From: Mytilus californianus
Taxonomy: Eukaryota
DNA: 64,000 bases
Direction: 5' to 3'
Assembly (NCBI RefSeq): GCF_021869535.1
Contig: NW_026262701.1
Location: 16,554,001-16,618,000 of the forward strand
Both the position numbers and the translations under genes were made by a program. Positions 36,900 to 47,996 of the stretch are shown here, in pieces. A model generated the notes under the pieces. It was given only the letters and a program-made list of their open reading frames with translations. It ran no database searches and was not told the DNA's origin. Every line of letters starts with the position of its first letter. Positions within the stretch are counted from its first letter, which is position 1.

Positions 36900-38933
36900 A
36901 TGTTTCCAAAGGGTTCCCCTCCATTCAACAAGGGCCTTATTGGACTGCAGAGAGGGAGAGTTGCACCTGGTTACAAGTTCAAGCATAACAGTACGCCATG
37001 GAATAAAGTCCCTGTCTTACAGCTGTCCACATCACCAGATCCAGAAGAAAACCATGCTCCTGCTGTTGAAATGAATGTTGAACAGAATGCTATCCTTGAT
37101 GAATCCCCATGCACTTCTTCTACTTCACCTGCAGACAATGACAGCAAAAGGACTCGTTCCCACCTACTGGTTCCATCAGCTGACCTGAAAACAGAAAAAG
37201 AGTGGTGTTCAATATCTGGTATGAGGTTCGTCGACCATGAAGAGATGATGAAGATGCTCAACACAGTTATAAATGTCCATACAAAGAAGTTTAGGCACTG
37301 TAAAAATCCTGAAATACTAGCACACAGACAGGAAAAATGGGGAGTCTGCTGGAAATATACACTTAGATGCAAGAACTGTACCTACATGAGTCCAGTTATG
37401 AAGCTGTATAAGGAGATTGTTACAAATAAACCTGGTACCAACCCTGGAGCACCCAATGTAGCAGTAGCAGCAGCAATACAAGACTGTCCAATGGGGAGTA
37501 CTAAACTCCAGGAGTTACTTGCCAGAATGGACTGTCCTCCTCCTTCAAGAACCAGCATGCACAGAATGACCCACAATGTTGGAAAAGAACTGGTACAACT
37601 TAATAATAGAGATATGGCAGAAAAACTGGAGATTGTAAAGGCAAAAAATCAAGAAAGGGGACTTGCAGAGAATGAAATCAATGTCACAGTCGACGGAAGG
37701 TACAACAGTCAGACAATAACTAGTCGAAAGAAACCTGGACTAAATGCTACCCAAGGTTTTGCACTTGCCATGGAGACAACAACAGAAAAGAAATATATTG
37801 TGGCATCATTTGCCCAGAATCAGATGTGCTGGAAAGGGGCCTGGTTGAGAGGAAAAGGATTTAAAGTGGAATGTCCCAATGGTCATGAAGACTGCACCGC
37901 AAACCTACACAGAACAGCTCCATTGTCAGAGTATGAGATGGGAAAGGAAATTGGTACACAGCTTGCTCTTCAAGACATCCTGGTGAAGAACGCCACAACT
38001 GATGGAGACGGACGGGCAGCTAAAGGAATAGACGATGCAACTAGAGCCCTACATCCTATGTGGAAAGTGGAACGACTAGCCGACTATGTACACCTTGGAC
38101 AGTCACAGTTTCGGGCATCACTGAGAGCTAAGTTCAGTGAATCCATGTTCTATGGGCGTACGAAAGAGATAAGGATGGAAATGAAGAAAGCGTTCAGCCA
38201 AGATGTGAAGTGCAGGAGCTCAATGATCATTGGACAGCTAATGGAGAAGCACAACAAAGTAACAGAAGATGTGTGTAAAGACTTACCCAAAGTCCTGGAG
38301 GCTACACTCAGATGTTATGATGGTGACTGCTCCATGTGTAAACAGTACTCTGTAGTTTGTACCGGCGATGAGGGTTATAACTGGTGGACTCGGTCCAAGT
38401 ATCTAGGATGCTACAATATCACTGTCCTGCAAATGGATGAAAAAGACAAATTATTACTACAAGAAATATTGAAGATGAAGCTAAGTGAGCAGGCATTAAA
38501 CAGCATGAAGTTATATGACACCACCAATAAGAATGAAGGTGTTCATAGAGCCCTCAGTGTCAACTTACCGAAGAATGTTATTCATTCAAGAGGCATGCAA
38601 GCAAGATTGGCATCCGGAATACACCGTAACAACAACAAGCCAGGAACATCAGCCAAAATGAAGTGTGAACACCTTGGGATTAATTTGTCGGAGAGCAGTA
38701 TACAGTTTTTGAGCAAAATGGACAGCGACTACACTTACAAACAAGAATATGAAAAAAAACCTGAAGTTAAACGTAGACGGCTAACTCGGAGTGGTGAAAA
38801 AATATTGGAACACAGAGAAGCTAAGCAAAGCCGAAAGAAGTGTGATGTTTACAGAAAAGGACAGTTAGACCCGGTTCCTGCATTGCTAAGCCATAGTACA
38901 AACTGTAAAAGGCCACTTCCACCTGCACCTTAG
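36900..38933 (+). CDS. DDE transposase, unit 1 (677 aa from MFPK; open upstream to 36753 in this unit only)
   Basis: Candidate triad VTVDGRY / TTDGDG / NKNEG; Cys/His clusters (CKNC; CWKG..CPNGHEDC; CYDGDCSMC); basic C-terminus. Confidence 0.88.
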   Translation: MFPKGSPPFNKGLIGLQRGRVAPGYKFKHNSTPWNKVPVLQLSTSPDPEENHAPAVEMNVEQNAILDESPCTSSTSPADNDSKRTRSHLLVPSADLKTEKEWCSISGMRFVDHEEMMKMLNTVINVHTKKFRHCKNPEILAHRQEKWGVCWKYTLRCKNCTYMSPVMKLYKEIVTNKPGTNPGAPNVAVAAAIQDCPMGSTKLQELLARMDCPPPSRTSMHRMTHNVGKELVQLNNRDMAEKLEIVKAKNQERGLAENEINVTVDGRYNSQTITSRKKPGLNATQGFALAMETTTEKKYIVASFAQNQMCWKGAWLRGKGFKVECPNGHEDCTANLHRTAPLSEYEMGKEIGTQLALQDILVKNATTDGDGRAAKGIDDATRALHPMWKVERLADYVHLGQSQFRASLRAKFSESMFYGRTKEIRMEMKKAFSQDVKCRSSMIIGQLMEKHNKVTEDVCKDLPKVLEATLRCYDGDCSMCKQYSVVCTGDEGYNWWTRSKYLGCYNITVLQMDEKDKLLLQEILKMKLSEQALNSMKLYDTTNKNEGVHRALSVNLPKNVIHSRGMQARLASGIHRNNNKPGTSAKMKCEHLGINLSESSIQFLSKMDSDYTYKQEYEKKPEVKRRRLTRSGEKILEHREAKQSRKKCDVYRKGQLDPVPALLSHSTNCKRPLPPAP

Positions 38934-38976
38934 ATGACAGCCAGCCAGCCAGCCAACCAACCAACCAACCAACCAA

Positions 38977-39021
<45 letters not shown>

Positions 39022-39547
39022 AGCACATAATATTAACCAAAGGTCCTTTTAAGGACCAACCATATCTTTCAAAAAGAAGTTTGAAATTGTTGTCTAAATC
39101 AATAAAATAATTAAATAAATAAATAGACCTTAAAAGATAAATAATATAAATAATACCAATATTATTGTTTGCCATCTTCAAGTGTACCATGCAAGGTGGC
39201 AAAGGGTCTGGGTGCCCAAGACAATGACCACACGAAATGCAGGTTTTTCTACTGTTGTTGAAGCCGTGTGGCTCTAACACAAGATGATCAGCATTTATAC
39301 ATTTTGTGTTGTGGCACAGGTGCGAGACATCAAAATTAGGTAGTTGAAAATTAAGATGCCTTATCATGAACGCAAGTCTGTGCACATGCATTTGTTTCCA
39401 CCCGCCAGCATTGGGAAGCTTGCAATTTATCACCCCATATTTTCTATTTGGTGTACAAGCCCCAGTCCAAATCAGACAATGTCCATTTTGGCCAGGGGCT
39501 GAATTTTCTGACAATTTTCTTGAATATTTTTGTATTATTCCCTCCAT
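38930..39547 (-). CDS. His-Me finger (His-Cys box, I-PpoI-like) endonuclease, unit 1
   Basis: CLIWTG...YG...HVHRLAF...SHLCHNTKCINADHLVLEPHGFNNSRKTC. The domain is ~125 aa; the rest is low-complexity read-through. Confidence 0.88.
38938..39020. repeat. (CCAG)n/(CCAA)n microsatellite between the convergent ORFs (also ~43430-43508 and ~47917-47995)
   Basis: Direct inspection; unit 1 has one extra tetramer. Confidence 0.9.
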
Positions 39548-39828
39548 TAAACTTTAAAGAACTTTTTTTACATTTGTATGTGTAGTAATTTGCCCCAAAA
39601 AGAGAAAAATTATGAACCCCTGTTAGCAAAATAGTTTCAAAAGTGTCAACAAGTAAAAACATTTTAACCAGAAGGCCAAAAATTGGTTTTTTTTTGCAAT
39701 TTAAAATTTTTTGTTCATATTTTCTATAAATAAACAATAAATTATCTTTAAATTTCAATTTTGAGGCAAATAGAGCAAATCAGGGGGCCACAAAGTCGAT
39801 TTTTAGATAAAGTGGGTTCTGCCTCTTA

Positions 39829-40281
39829 GGTCCGAGTACACAGTTATTTTCCCCTATCTGTCTATTATAACATAATGATAAATAAAAAAAATCCCACCTG
39901 CGCTTTTCTAACAAGATTTGGTGTACATAAAGTTTGGCATTAACCACAAAACATATCAAAAAATTAGAAAACTTCATCGGCTCATTTTCTCTTGGCAACA
40001 CAAAACACAAGGACACCAGTATGGGTTAAGCCAGAGAGCTTCCGAAAAGAGGAAATTACACCTATGTTTACCCAACCAAATCACTCATTTCTGCTCAAAA
40101 TATCAAAAAGAAATTTTACAGAAATTATCTTAGATGACTTTACATTCACATAAAAGCAAAAAAAGGGGAAAAAATTCAAAGGAAAGGCAAAAAAAAAAAT
40201 TAAGAAAAAATATACTGAAATTAAAGGGAACTATATTTGTGGACAACGAAAATTGAGGGAAGATAACTGTGTACCCGGACC
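39829..40281 (+). repeat. LTDR 2 (453 bp), shared between units 1 and 2
   Basis: Same termini as LTDR 1; flanked by CTTA| and |TAAT. Confidence 0.95.
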
Positions 40282-41391
40282 TAATAGACCCTTTTTAGTT
40301 ATCCAAATGAAATAAAATTTTATATTTATTAACTTTAATATATATCAAGACTGCATACCAAATTTCAGACCAATCGGACAATACTTGCACCAGCAATGAC
40401 ATTTCTTAAACACCTACCCTCATACCCAAATTTCAACAGTTTTCCTAGCATGAATTTGTCATTTTCCTAAAGACACCCACTTTATCAAAAGATTCATAAC
40501 TTTTTTATTAGTGCAAGTTTTTTAAAAAATTAAAGTGATTCTGAAAGGTAAATCATTACCCAAATTTAATCTAAGATAAAAATTCCCAAAATCAGAATGG
40601 TTCATGGTGCAATTAAAGTTAATTTTTCATTTTTTGTTGTAAATCAGTGAAATCCCAACTTAGAATACTTTTAAAATTCAATTAAAATTTCAAAACTCAT
40701 CCCTAAATTGTGAGAATTGCATTAAAAAATTCCAAATTCATTCTAGAATAAACAAAATGAAACTTTATGGGGGTCTTGAATAACCTTTAGGCTAAATTAC
40801 CTGTATATTCAACACCCCCTTTACATCATCTGCCCAAGGCTAAATATGAATGTAATAAAAAATTTTAAAACGATATAAAATCCTTATTTCTTTGAATATT
40901 GAGATGAAATAAAGTGTTTTGGAAAGGTTAAGAAGTGAGGAAATAATTGCAATTGAAAAATTTAATAAATAGTACAGTTTTTTTTTCATTTGTTTTTTTT
41001 CTTAATTTAAAAAAAAATCAACAAAAAAATTCAACAAAAATTCACAAAATCACATTTTCTGAACAAAACAACTTTTAAAATTTGCCTAAATTAATGTTTT
41101 TTGAAATCTAAACAAGGAAAACAAAATATTTCCCATTAAAAAGGCCAAACAAAGGCATTTTCTTTGAAGCAGACCAAACCCTTTGAAGTTAAAAATCACT
41201 TTCTTTAATCCCACAGCTAAAAATAGATCAAAACAATAAACAAAAATGATTGACAGCATCATTAAGCCAATTAAAAATCAGCATCAAAGTTACACAATGC
41301 AAAAAGTATAAAAACTAACAATTTTGAGGTCTGTCATCAAAGTTTCATTCGACGCTTTACACCGCACCAGAATATTCTATTTATCATCAAA

Positions 41392-43425
41392 ATGTTTCCA
41401 AAGGGTTCCCCTCCATTCAACAAGGGCCTTATTGGACTGCAGAGAGGGAGAGTTGCACCTGGTTACAAGTTCAAGCATAACAGTACGCCATGGAATAAAG
41501 TCCCTGTCTTACAGCTGTCCACATCACCAGATCCAGAAGAAAACCATGCTCCTGCTGTTGAAATGAATGTTGAACAGAATGCTATCCTTGATGAATCCCC
41601 ATGCACTTCTTCTACTTCACCTGCAGACAATGACAGCAAAAGGACTCGTTCCCACCTACTGGTTCCATCAGCTGACCTGAAAACAGAAAAAGAGTGGTGT
41701 TCAATATCTGGTATGAGGTTCGTCGACCATGAAGAGATGATGAAGATGCTCAACACAGTTATAAATGTCCATACAAAGAAGTTTAGGCACTGTAAAAATC
41801 CTGAAATACTAGCACACAGACAGGAAAAATGGGGAGTCTGCTGGAAATATACACTTAGATGCAAGAACTGTACCTACATGAGTCCAGTTATGAAGCTGTA
41901 TAAGGAGATTGTTACAAATAAACCTGGTACCAACCCTGGAGCACCCAATGTAGCAGTAGCAGCAGCAATACAAGACTGTCCAATGGGGAGTACTAAACTC
42001 CAGGAGTTACTTGCCAGAATGGACTGTCCTCCTCCTTCAAGAACCAGCATGCACAGAATGACCCACAATGTTGGAAAAGAACTGGTACAACTTAATAATA
42101 GAGATATGGCAGAAAAACTGGAGATTGTAAAGGCAAAAAATCAAGAAAGGGGACTTGCAGAGAATGAAATCAATGTCACAGTCGACGGAAGGTACAACAG
42201 TCAGACAATAACTAGTCGAAAGAAACCTGGACTAAATGCTACCCAAGGTTTTGCACTTGCCATGGAGACAACAACAGAAAAGAAATATATTGTGGCATCA
42301 TTTGCCCAGAATCAGATGTGCTGGAAAGGGGCCTGGTTGAGAGGAAAAGGATTTAAAGTGGAATGTCCCAATGGTCATGAAGACTGCACCGCAAACCTAC
42401 ACAGAACAGCTCCATTGTCAGAGTATGAGATGGGAAAGGAAATTGGTACACAGCTTGCTCTTCAAGACATCCTGGTGAAGAACGCCACAACTGATGGAGA
42501 CGGACGGGCAGCTAAAGGAATAGACGATGCAACTAGAGCCCTACATCCTATGTGGAAAGTGGAACGACTAGCCGACTATGTACACCTTGGACAGTCACAG
42601 TTTCGGGCATCACTGAGAGCTAAGTTCAGTGAATCCATGTTCTATGGGCGTACGAAAGAGATAAGGATGGAAATGAAGAAAGCGTTCAGCCAAGATGTGA
42701 AGTGCAGGAGCTCAATGATCATTGGACAGCTAATGGAGAAGCACAACAAAGTAACAGAAGATGTGTGTAAAGACTTACCCAAAGTCCTGGAGGCTACACT
42801 CAGATGTTATGATGGTGACTGCTCCATGTGTAAACAGTACTCTGTAGTTTGTACCGGCGATGAGGGTTATAACTGGTGGACTCGGTCCAAGTATCTAGGA
42901 TGCTACAATATCACTGTCCTGCAAATGGATGAAAAAGACAAATTATTACTACAAGAAATATTGAAGATGAAGCTAAGTGAGCAGGCATTAAACAGCATGA
43001 AGTTATATGACACCACCAATAAGAATGAAGGTGTTCATAGAGCCCTCAGTGTCAACTTACCGAAGAATGTTATTCATTCAAGAGGCATGCAAGCAAGATT
43101 GGCATCCGGAATACACCGTAACAACAACAAGCCAGGAACATCAGCCAAAATGAAGTGTGAACACCTTGGGATTAATTTGTCGGAGAGCAGTATACAGTTT
43201 TTGAGCAAAATGGACAGCGACTACACTTACAAACAAGAATATGAAAAAAAACCTGAAGTTAAACGTAGACGGCTAACTCGGAGTGGTGAAAAAATATTGG
43301 AACACAGAGAAGCTAAGCAAAGCCGAAAGAAGTGTGATGTTTACAGAAAAGGACAGTTAGACCCGGTTCCTGCATTGCTAAGCCATAGTACAAACTGTAA
43401 AAGGCCACTTCCACCTGCACCTTAG
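41392..43425 (+). CDS. DDE transposase, unit 2 (677 aa)
   Basis: Translation identical to unit 1 from MFPK. Confidence 0.88.
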   Translation: MFPKGSPPFNKGLIGLQRGRVAPGYKFKHNSTPWNKVPVLQLSTSPDPEENHAPAVEMNVEQNAILDESPCTSSTSPADNDSKRTRSHLLVPSADLKTEKEWCSISGMRFVDHEEMMKMLNTVINVHTKKFRHCKNPEILAHRQEKWGVCWKYTLRCKNCTYMSPVMKLYKEIVTNKPGTNPGAPNVAVAAAIQDCPMGSTKLQELLARMDCPPPSRTSMHRMTHNVGKELVQLNNRDMAEKLEIVKAKNQERGLAENEINVTVDGRYNSQTITSRKKPGLNATQGFALAMETTTEKKYIVASFAQNQMCWKGAWLRGKGFKVECPNGHEDCTANLHRTAPLSEYEMGKEIGTQLALQDILVKNATTDGDGRAAKGIDDATRALHPMWKVERLADYVHLGQSQFRASLRAKFSESMFYGRTKEIRMEMKKAFSQDVKCRSSMIIGQLMEKHNKVTEDVCKDLPKVLEATLRCYDGDCSMCKQYSVVCTGDEGYNWWTRSKYLGCYNITVLQMDEKDKLLLQEILKMKLSEQALNSMKLYDTTNKNEGVHRALSVNLPKNVIHSRGMQARLASGIHRNNNKPGTSAKMKCEHLGINLSESSIQFLSKMDSDYTYKQEYEKKPEVKRRRLTRSGEKILEHREAKQSRKKCDVYRKGQLDPVPALLSHSTNCKRPLPPAP

Positions 43426-43468
43426 ATGACAGCCAGCCAGCCAGCCAACCAACCAACCAACCAACCAA

Positions 43469-43509
<41 letters not shown>

Positions 43510-44035
43510 AGCACATAATATTAACCAAAGGTCCTTTTAAGGACCAACCATATCTTTCAAAAAGAAGTTTGAAATTGTTGTCTAAATCAATAAAATAATT
43601 AAATAAATAAATAGACCTTAAAAGATAAATAATATAAATAATACCAATATTATTGTTTGCCATCTTCAAGTGTACCATGCAAGGTGGCAAAGGGTCTGGG
43701 TGCCCAAGACAATGACCACACGAAATGCAGGTTTTTCTACTGTTGTTGAAGCCGTGTGGCTCTAACACAAGATGATCAGCATTTATACATTTTGTGTTGT
43801 GGCACAGGTGCGAGACATCAAAATTAGGTAGTTGAAAATTAAGATGCCTTATCATGAACGCAAGTCTGTGCACATGCATTTGTTTCCACCCGCCAGCATT
43901 GGGAAGCTTGCAATTTATCACCCCATATTTTCTATTTGGTGTACAAGCCCCAGTCCAAATCAGACAATGTCCATTTTGGCCAGGGGCTGAATTTTCTGAC
44001 AATTTTCTTGAATATTTTTGTATTATTCCCTCCAT
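43313..44035 (-). CDS. His-Me finger endonuclease, unit 2
   Basis: Same nuclease domain; the frame reads through the microsatellite and overlaps the transposase 3' end by 113 bp. Confidence 0.85.
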
Positions 44036-44315
44036 TAAACTTTAAAGAACTTTTTTTACATTTGTATGTGTAGTAATTTGCCCCAAAAAGAGAAAAATTA
44101 TGAACCCCTGTTAGCAAAATAGTTTCAAAAGTGTCAACAAGTAAAAACATTTTAACCAGAAGGCCAAAAATTGGTTTTTTTTGCAATTTAAAATTTTTTG
44201 TTCATATTTTCTATAAATAAACAATAAATTATCTTTAAATTTCAATTTTGAGGCAAATAGAGCAAATCAGGGGGCCACAAAGTCGATTTTTAGATAAAGT
44301 GGGTTCTGCCTCTTA

Positions 44316-44768
44316 GGTCCGAGTACACAGTTATTTTCCCCTATCTGTCTATTATAACATAATGATAAATAAAAAAAATCCCACCTGCGCTTTTCTAACA
44401 AGATTTGGTGTACATAAAGTTTGGCATTAACCACAAAACATATCAAAAAATTAGAAAACTTCATCGGCTCATTTTCTCTTGGCAACACAAAACACAAGGA
44501 CACCAGTATGGGTTAAGCCAGAGAGCTTCCGAAAAGAGGAAATTACACCTATGTTTACCCAACCAAATCACTCATTTCTGCTCAAAATATCAAAAAGAAA
44601 TTTTACAGAAATTATCTTAGATGACTTTACATTCACATAAAAGCAAAAAAAGGGGAAAAAATTCAAAGGAAAGGCAAAAAAAAAAATTAAGAAAAAATAT
44701 ACTGAAATTAAAGGGAACTATATTTGTGGACAACGAAAATTGAGGGAAGATAACTGTGTACCCGGACC
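44316..44768 (+). repeat. LTDR 3 (453 bp)
   Basis: Same termini and inner flanks as LTDR 2. Confidence 0.95.
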
Positions 44769-45878
44769 TAATAGACCCTTTTTAGTTATCCAAATGAAAT
44801 AAAATTTTATATTTATTAACTTTAATATATATCAAGACTGCATACCAAATTTCAGACCAATCGGACAATACTTGCACCAGCAATGACATTTCTTAAACAC
44901 CTACCCTCATACCCAAATTTCAACAGTTTTCCTAGCATGAATTTGTCATTTTCCTAAAGACACCCACTTTATCAAAAGATTCATAACTTTTTTATTAGTG
45001 CAAGTTTTTTAAAAAATTAAAGTGATTCTGAAAGGTAAATCATTACCCAAATTTAATCTAAGATAAAAATTCCCAAAATCAGAATGGTTCATGGTGCAAT
45101 TAAAGTTAATTTTTCATTTTTTGTTGTAAATCAGTGAAATCCCAACTTAGAATACTTTTAAAATTCAATTAAAATTTCAAAACTCATCCCTAAATTGTGA
45201 GAATTGCATTAAAAAATTCCAAATTCATTCTAGAATAAACAAAATGAAACTTTATGGGGGTCTTGAATAACCTTTAGGCTAAATTACCTGTATATTCAAC
45301 ACCCCCTTTACATCATCTGCCCAAGGCTAAATATGAATGTAATAAAAAATTTTAAAACGATATAAAATCCTTATTTCTTTGAATATTGAGATGAAATAAA
45401 GTGTTTTGGAAAGGTTAAGAAGTGAGGAAATAATTGCAATTGAAAAATTTAATAAATAGTACAGTTTTTTTTTCATTTGTTTTTTTTCTTAATTTAAAAA
45501 AAAATCAACAAAAAAATTCAACAAAAATTCACAAAATCACATTTTCTGAACAAAACAACTTTTAAAATTTGCCTAAATTAATGTTTTTTGAAATCTAAAC
45601 AAGGAAAACAAAATATTTCCCATTAAAAAGGCCAAACAAAGGCATTTTCTTTGAAGCAGACCAAACCCTTTGAAGTTAAAAATCACTTTCTTTAATCCCA
45701 CAGCTAAAAATAGATCAAAACAATAAACAAAAATGATTGACAGCATCATTAAGCCAATTAAAAATCAGCATCAAAGTTACACAATGCAAAAAGTATAAAA
45801 ACTAACAATTTTGAGGTCTGTCATCAAAGTTTCATTCGACGCTTTACACCGCACCAGAATATTCTATTTATCATCAAA

Positions 45879-47912
45879 ATGTTTCCAAAGGGTTCCCCTC
45901 CATTCAACAAGGGCCTTATTGGACTGCAGAGAGGGAGAGTTGCACCTGGTTACAAGTTCAAGCATAACAGTACGCCATGGAATAAAGTCCCTGTCTTACA
46001 GCTGTCCACATCACCAGATCCAGAAGAAAACCATGCTCCTGCTGTTGAAATGAATGTTGAACAGAATGCTATCCTTGATGAATCCCCATGCACTTCTTCT
46101 ACTTCACCTGCAGACAATGACAGCAAAAGGACTCGTTCCCACCTACTGGTTCCATCAGCTGACCTGAAAACAGAAAAAGAGTGGTGTTCAATATCTGGTA
46201 TGAGGTTCGTCGACCATGAAGAGATGATGAAGATGCTCAACACAGTTATAAATGTCCATACAAAGAAGTTTAGGCACTGTAAAAATCCTGAAATACTAGC
46301 ACACAGACAGGAAAAATGGGGAGTCTGCTGGAAATATACACTTAGATGCAAGAACTGTACCTACATGAGTCCAGTTATGAAGCTGTATAAGGAGATTGTT
46401 ACAAATAAACCTGGTACCAACCCTGGAGCACCCAATGTAGCAGTAGCAGCAGCAATACAAGACTGTCCAATGGGGAGTACTAAACTCCAGGAGTTACTTG
46501 CCAGAATGGACTGTCCTCCTCCTTCAAGAACCAGCATGCACAGAATGACCCACAATGTTGGAAAAGAACTGGTACAACTTAATAATAGAGATATGGCAGA
46601 AAAACTGGAGATTGTAAAGGCAAAAAATCAAGAAAGGGGACTTGCAGAGAATGAAATCAATGTCACAGTCGACGGAAGGTACAACAGTCAGACAATAACT
46701 AGTCGAAAGAAACCTGGACTAAATGCTACCCAAGGTTTTGCACTTGCCATGGAGACAACAACAGAAAAGAAATATATTGTGGCATCATTTGCCCAGAATC
46801 AGATGTGCTGGAAAGGGGCCTGGTTGAGAGGAAAAGGATTTAAAGTGGAATGTCCCAATGGTCATGAAGACTGCACCGCAAACCTACACAGAACAGCTCC
46901 ATTGTCAGAGTATGAGATGGGAAAGGAAATTGGTACACAGCTTGCTCTTCAAGACATCCTGGTGAAGAACGCCACAACTGATGGAGACGGACGGGCAGCT
47001 AAAGGAATAGACGATGCAACTAGAGCCCTACATCCTATGTGGAAAGTGGAACGACTAGCCGACTATGTACACCTTGGACAGTCACAGTTTCGGGCATCAC
47101 TGAGAGCTAAGTTCAGTGAATCCATGTTCTATGGGCGTACGAAAGAGATAAGGATGGAAATGAAGAAAGCGTTCAGCCAAGATGTGAAGTGCAGGAGCTC
47201 AATGATCATTGGACAGCTAATGGAGAAGCACAACAAAGTAACAGAAGATGTGTGTAAAGACTTACCCAAAGTCCTGGAGGCTACACTCAGATGTTATGAT
47301 GGTGACTGCTCCATGTGTAAACAGTACTCTGTAGTTTGTACCGGCGATGAGGGTTATAACTGGTGGACTCGGTCCAAGTATCTAGGATGCTACAATATCA
47401 CTGTCCTGCAAATGGATGAAAAAGACAAATTATTACTACAAGAAATATTGAAGATGAAGCTAAGTGAGCAGGCATTAAACAGCATGAAGTTATATGACAC
47501 CACCAATAAGAATGAAGGTGTTCATAGAGCCCTCAGTGTCAACTTACCGAAGAATGTTATTCATTCAAGAGGCATGCAAGCAAGATTGGCATCCGGAATA
47601 CACCGTAACAACAACAAGCCAGGAACATCAGCCAAAATGAAGTGTGAACACCTTGGGATTAATTTGTCGGAGAGCAGTATACAGTTTTTGAGCAAAATGG
47701 ACAGCGACTACACTTACAAACAAGAATATGAAAAAAAACCTGAAGTTAAACGTAGACGGCTAACTCGGAGTGGTGAAAAAATATTGGAACACAGAGAAGC
47801 TAAGCAAAGCCGAAAGAAGTGTGATGTTTACAGAAAAGGACAGTTAGACCCGGTTCCTGCATTGCTAAGCCATAGTACAAACTGTAAAAGGCCACTTCCA
47901 CCTGCACCTTAG
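45879..47912 (+). CDS. DDE transposase, unit 3 (677 aa)
   Basis: Translation identical to unit 2. Confidence 0.88.
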   Translation: MFPKGSPPFNKGLIGLQRGRVAPGYKFKHNSTPWNKVPVLQLSTSPDPEENHAPAVEMNVEQNAILDESPCTSSTSPADNDSKRTRSHLLVPSADLKTEKEWCSISGMRFVDHEEMMKMLNTVINVHTKKFRHCKNPEILAHRQEKWGVCWKYTLRCKNCTYMSPVMKLYKEIVTNKPGTNPGAPNVAVAAAIQDCPMGSTKLQELLARMDCPPPSRTSMHRMTHNVGKELVQLNNRDMAEKLEIVKAKNQERGLAENEINVTVDGRYNSQTITSRKKPGLNATQGFALAMETTTEKKYIVASFAQNQMCWKGAWLRGKGFKVECPNGHEDCTANLHRTAPLSEYEMGKEIGTQLALQDILVKNATTDGDGRAAKGIDDATRALHPMWKVERLADYVHLGQSQFRASLRAKFSESMFYGRTKEIRMEMKKAFSQDVKCRSSMIIGQLMEKHNKVTEDVCKDLPKVLEATLRCYDGDCSMCKQYSVVCTGDEGYNWWTRSKYLGCYNITVLQMDEKDKLLLQEILKMKLSEQALNSMKLYDTTNKNEGVHRALSVNLPKNVIHSRGMQARLASGIHRNNNKPGTSAKMKCEHLGINLSESSIQFLSKMDSDYTYKQEYEKKPEVKRRRLTRSGEKILEHREAKQSRKKCDVYRKGQLDPVPALLSHSTNCKRPLPPAP

Positions 47913-47955
47913 ATGACAGCCAGCCAGCCAGCCAACCAACCAACCAACCAACCAA

Positions 47956-47996
<41 letters not shown>

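Noticed and set aside
36832-37576. Small overlapping or antisense ORFs in the array (80, 133, 64 aa) and LTDR ORFs (71, 78 aa)
   Set aside because: No recognisable motifs; they recur only because the DNA is repeated.
36900-38933. Calling the array a MuDR/Mutator element or a tandem host gene family
   Set aside because: The protein may hit 'Mutator-like' profiles, but a 4-bp TSD, GG..CC termini, LTDRs and a His-Me partner do not fit MuDR (long TIRs, ~9-bp TSD), and the TSD shows a mobile element.
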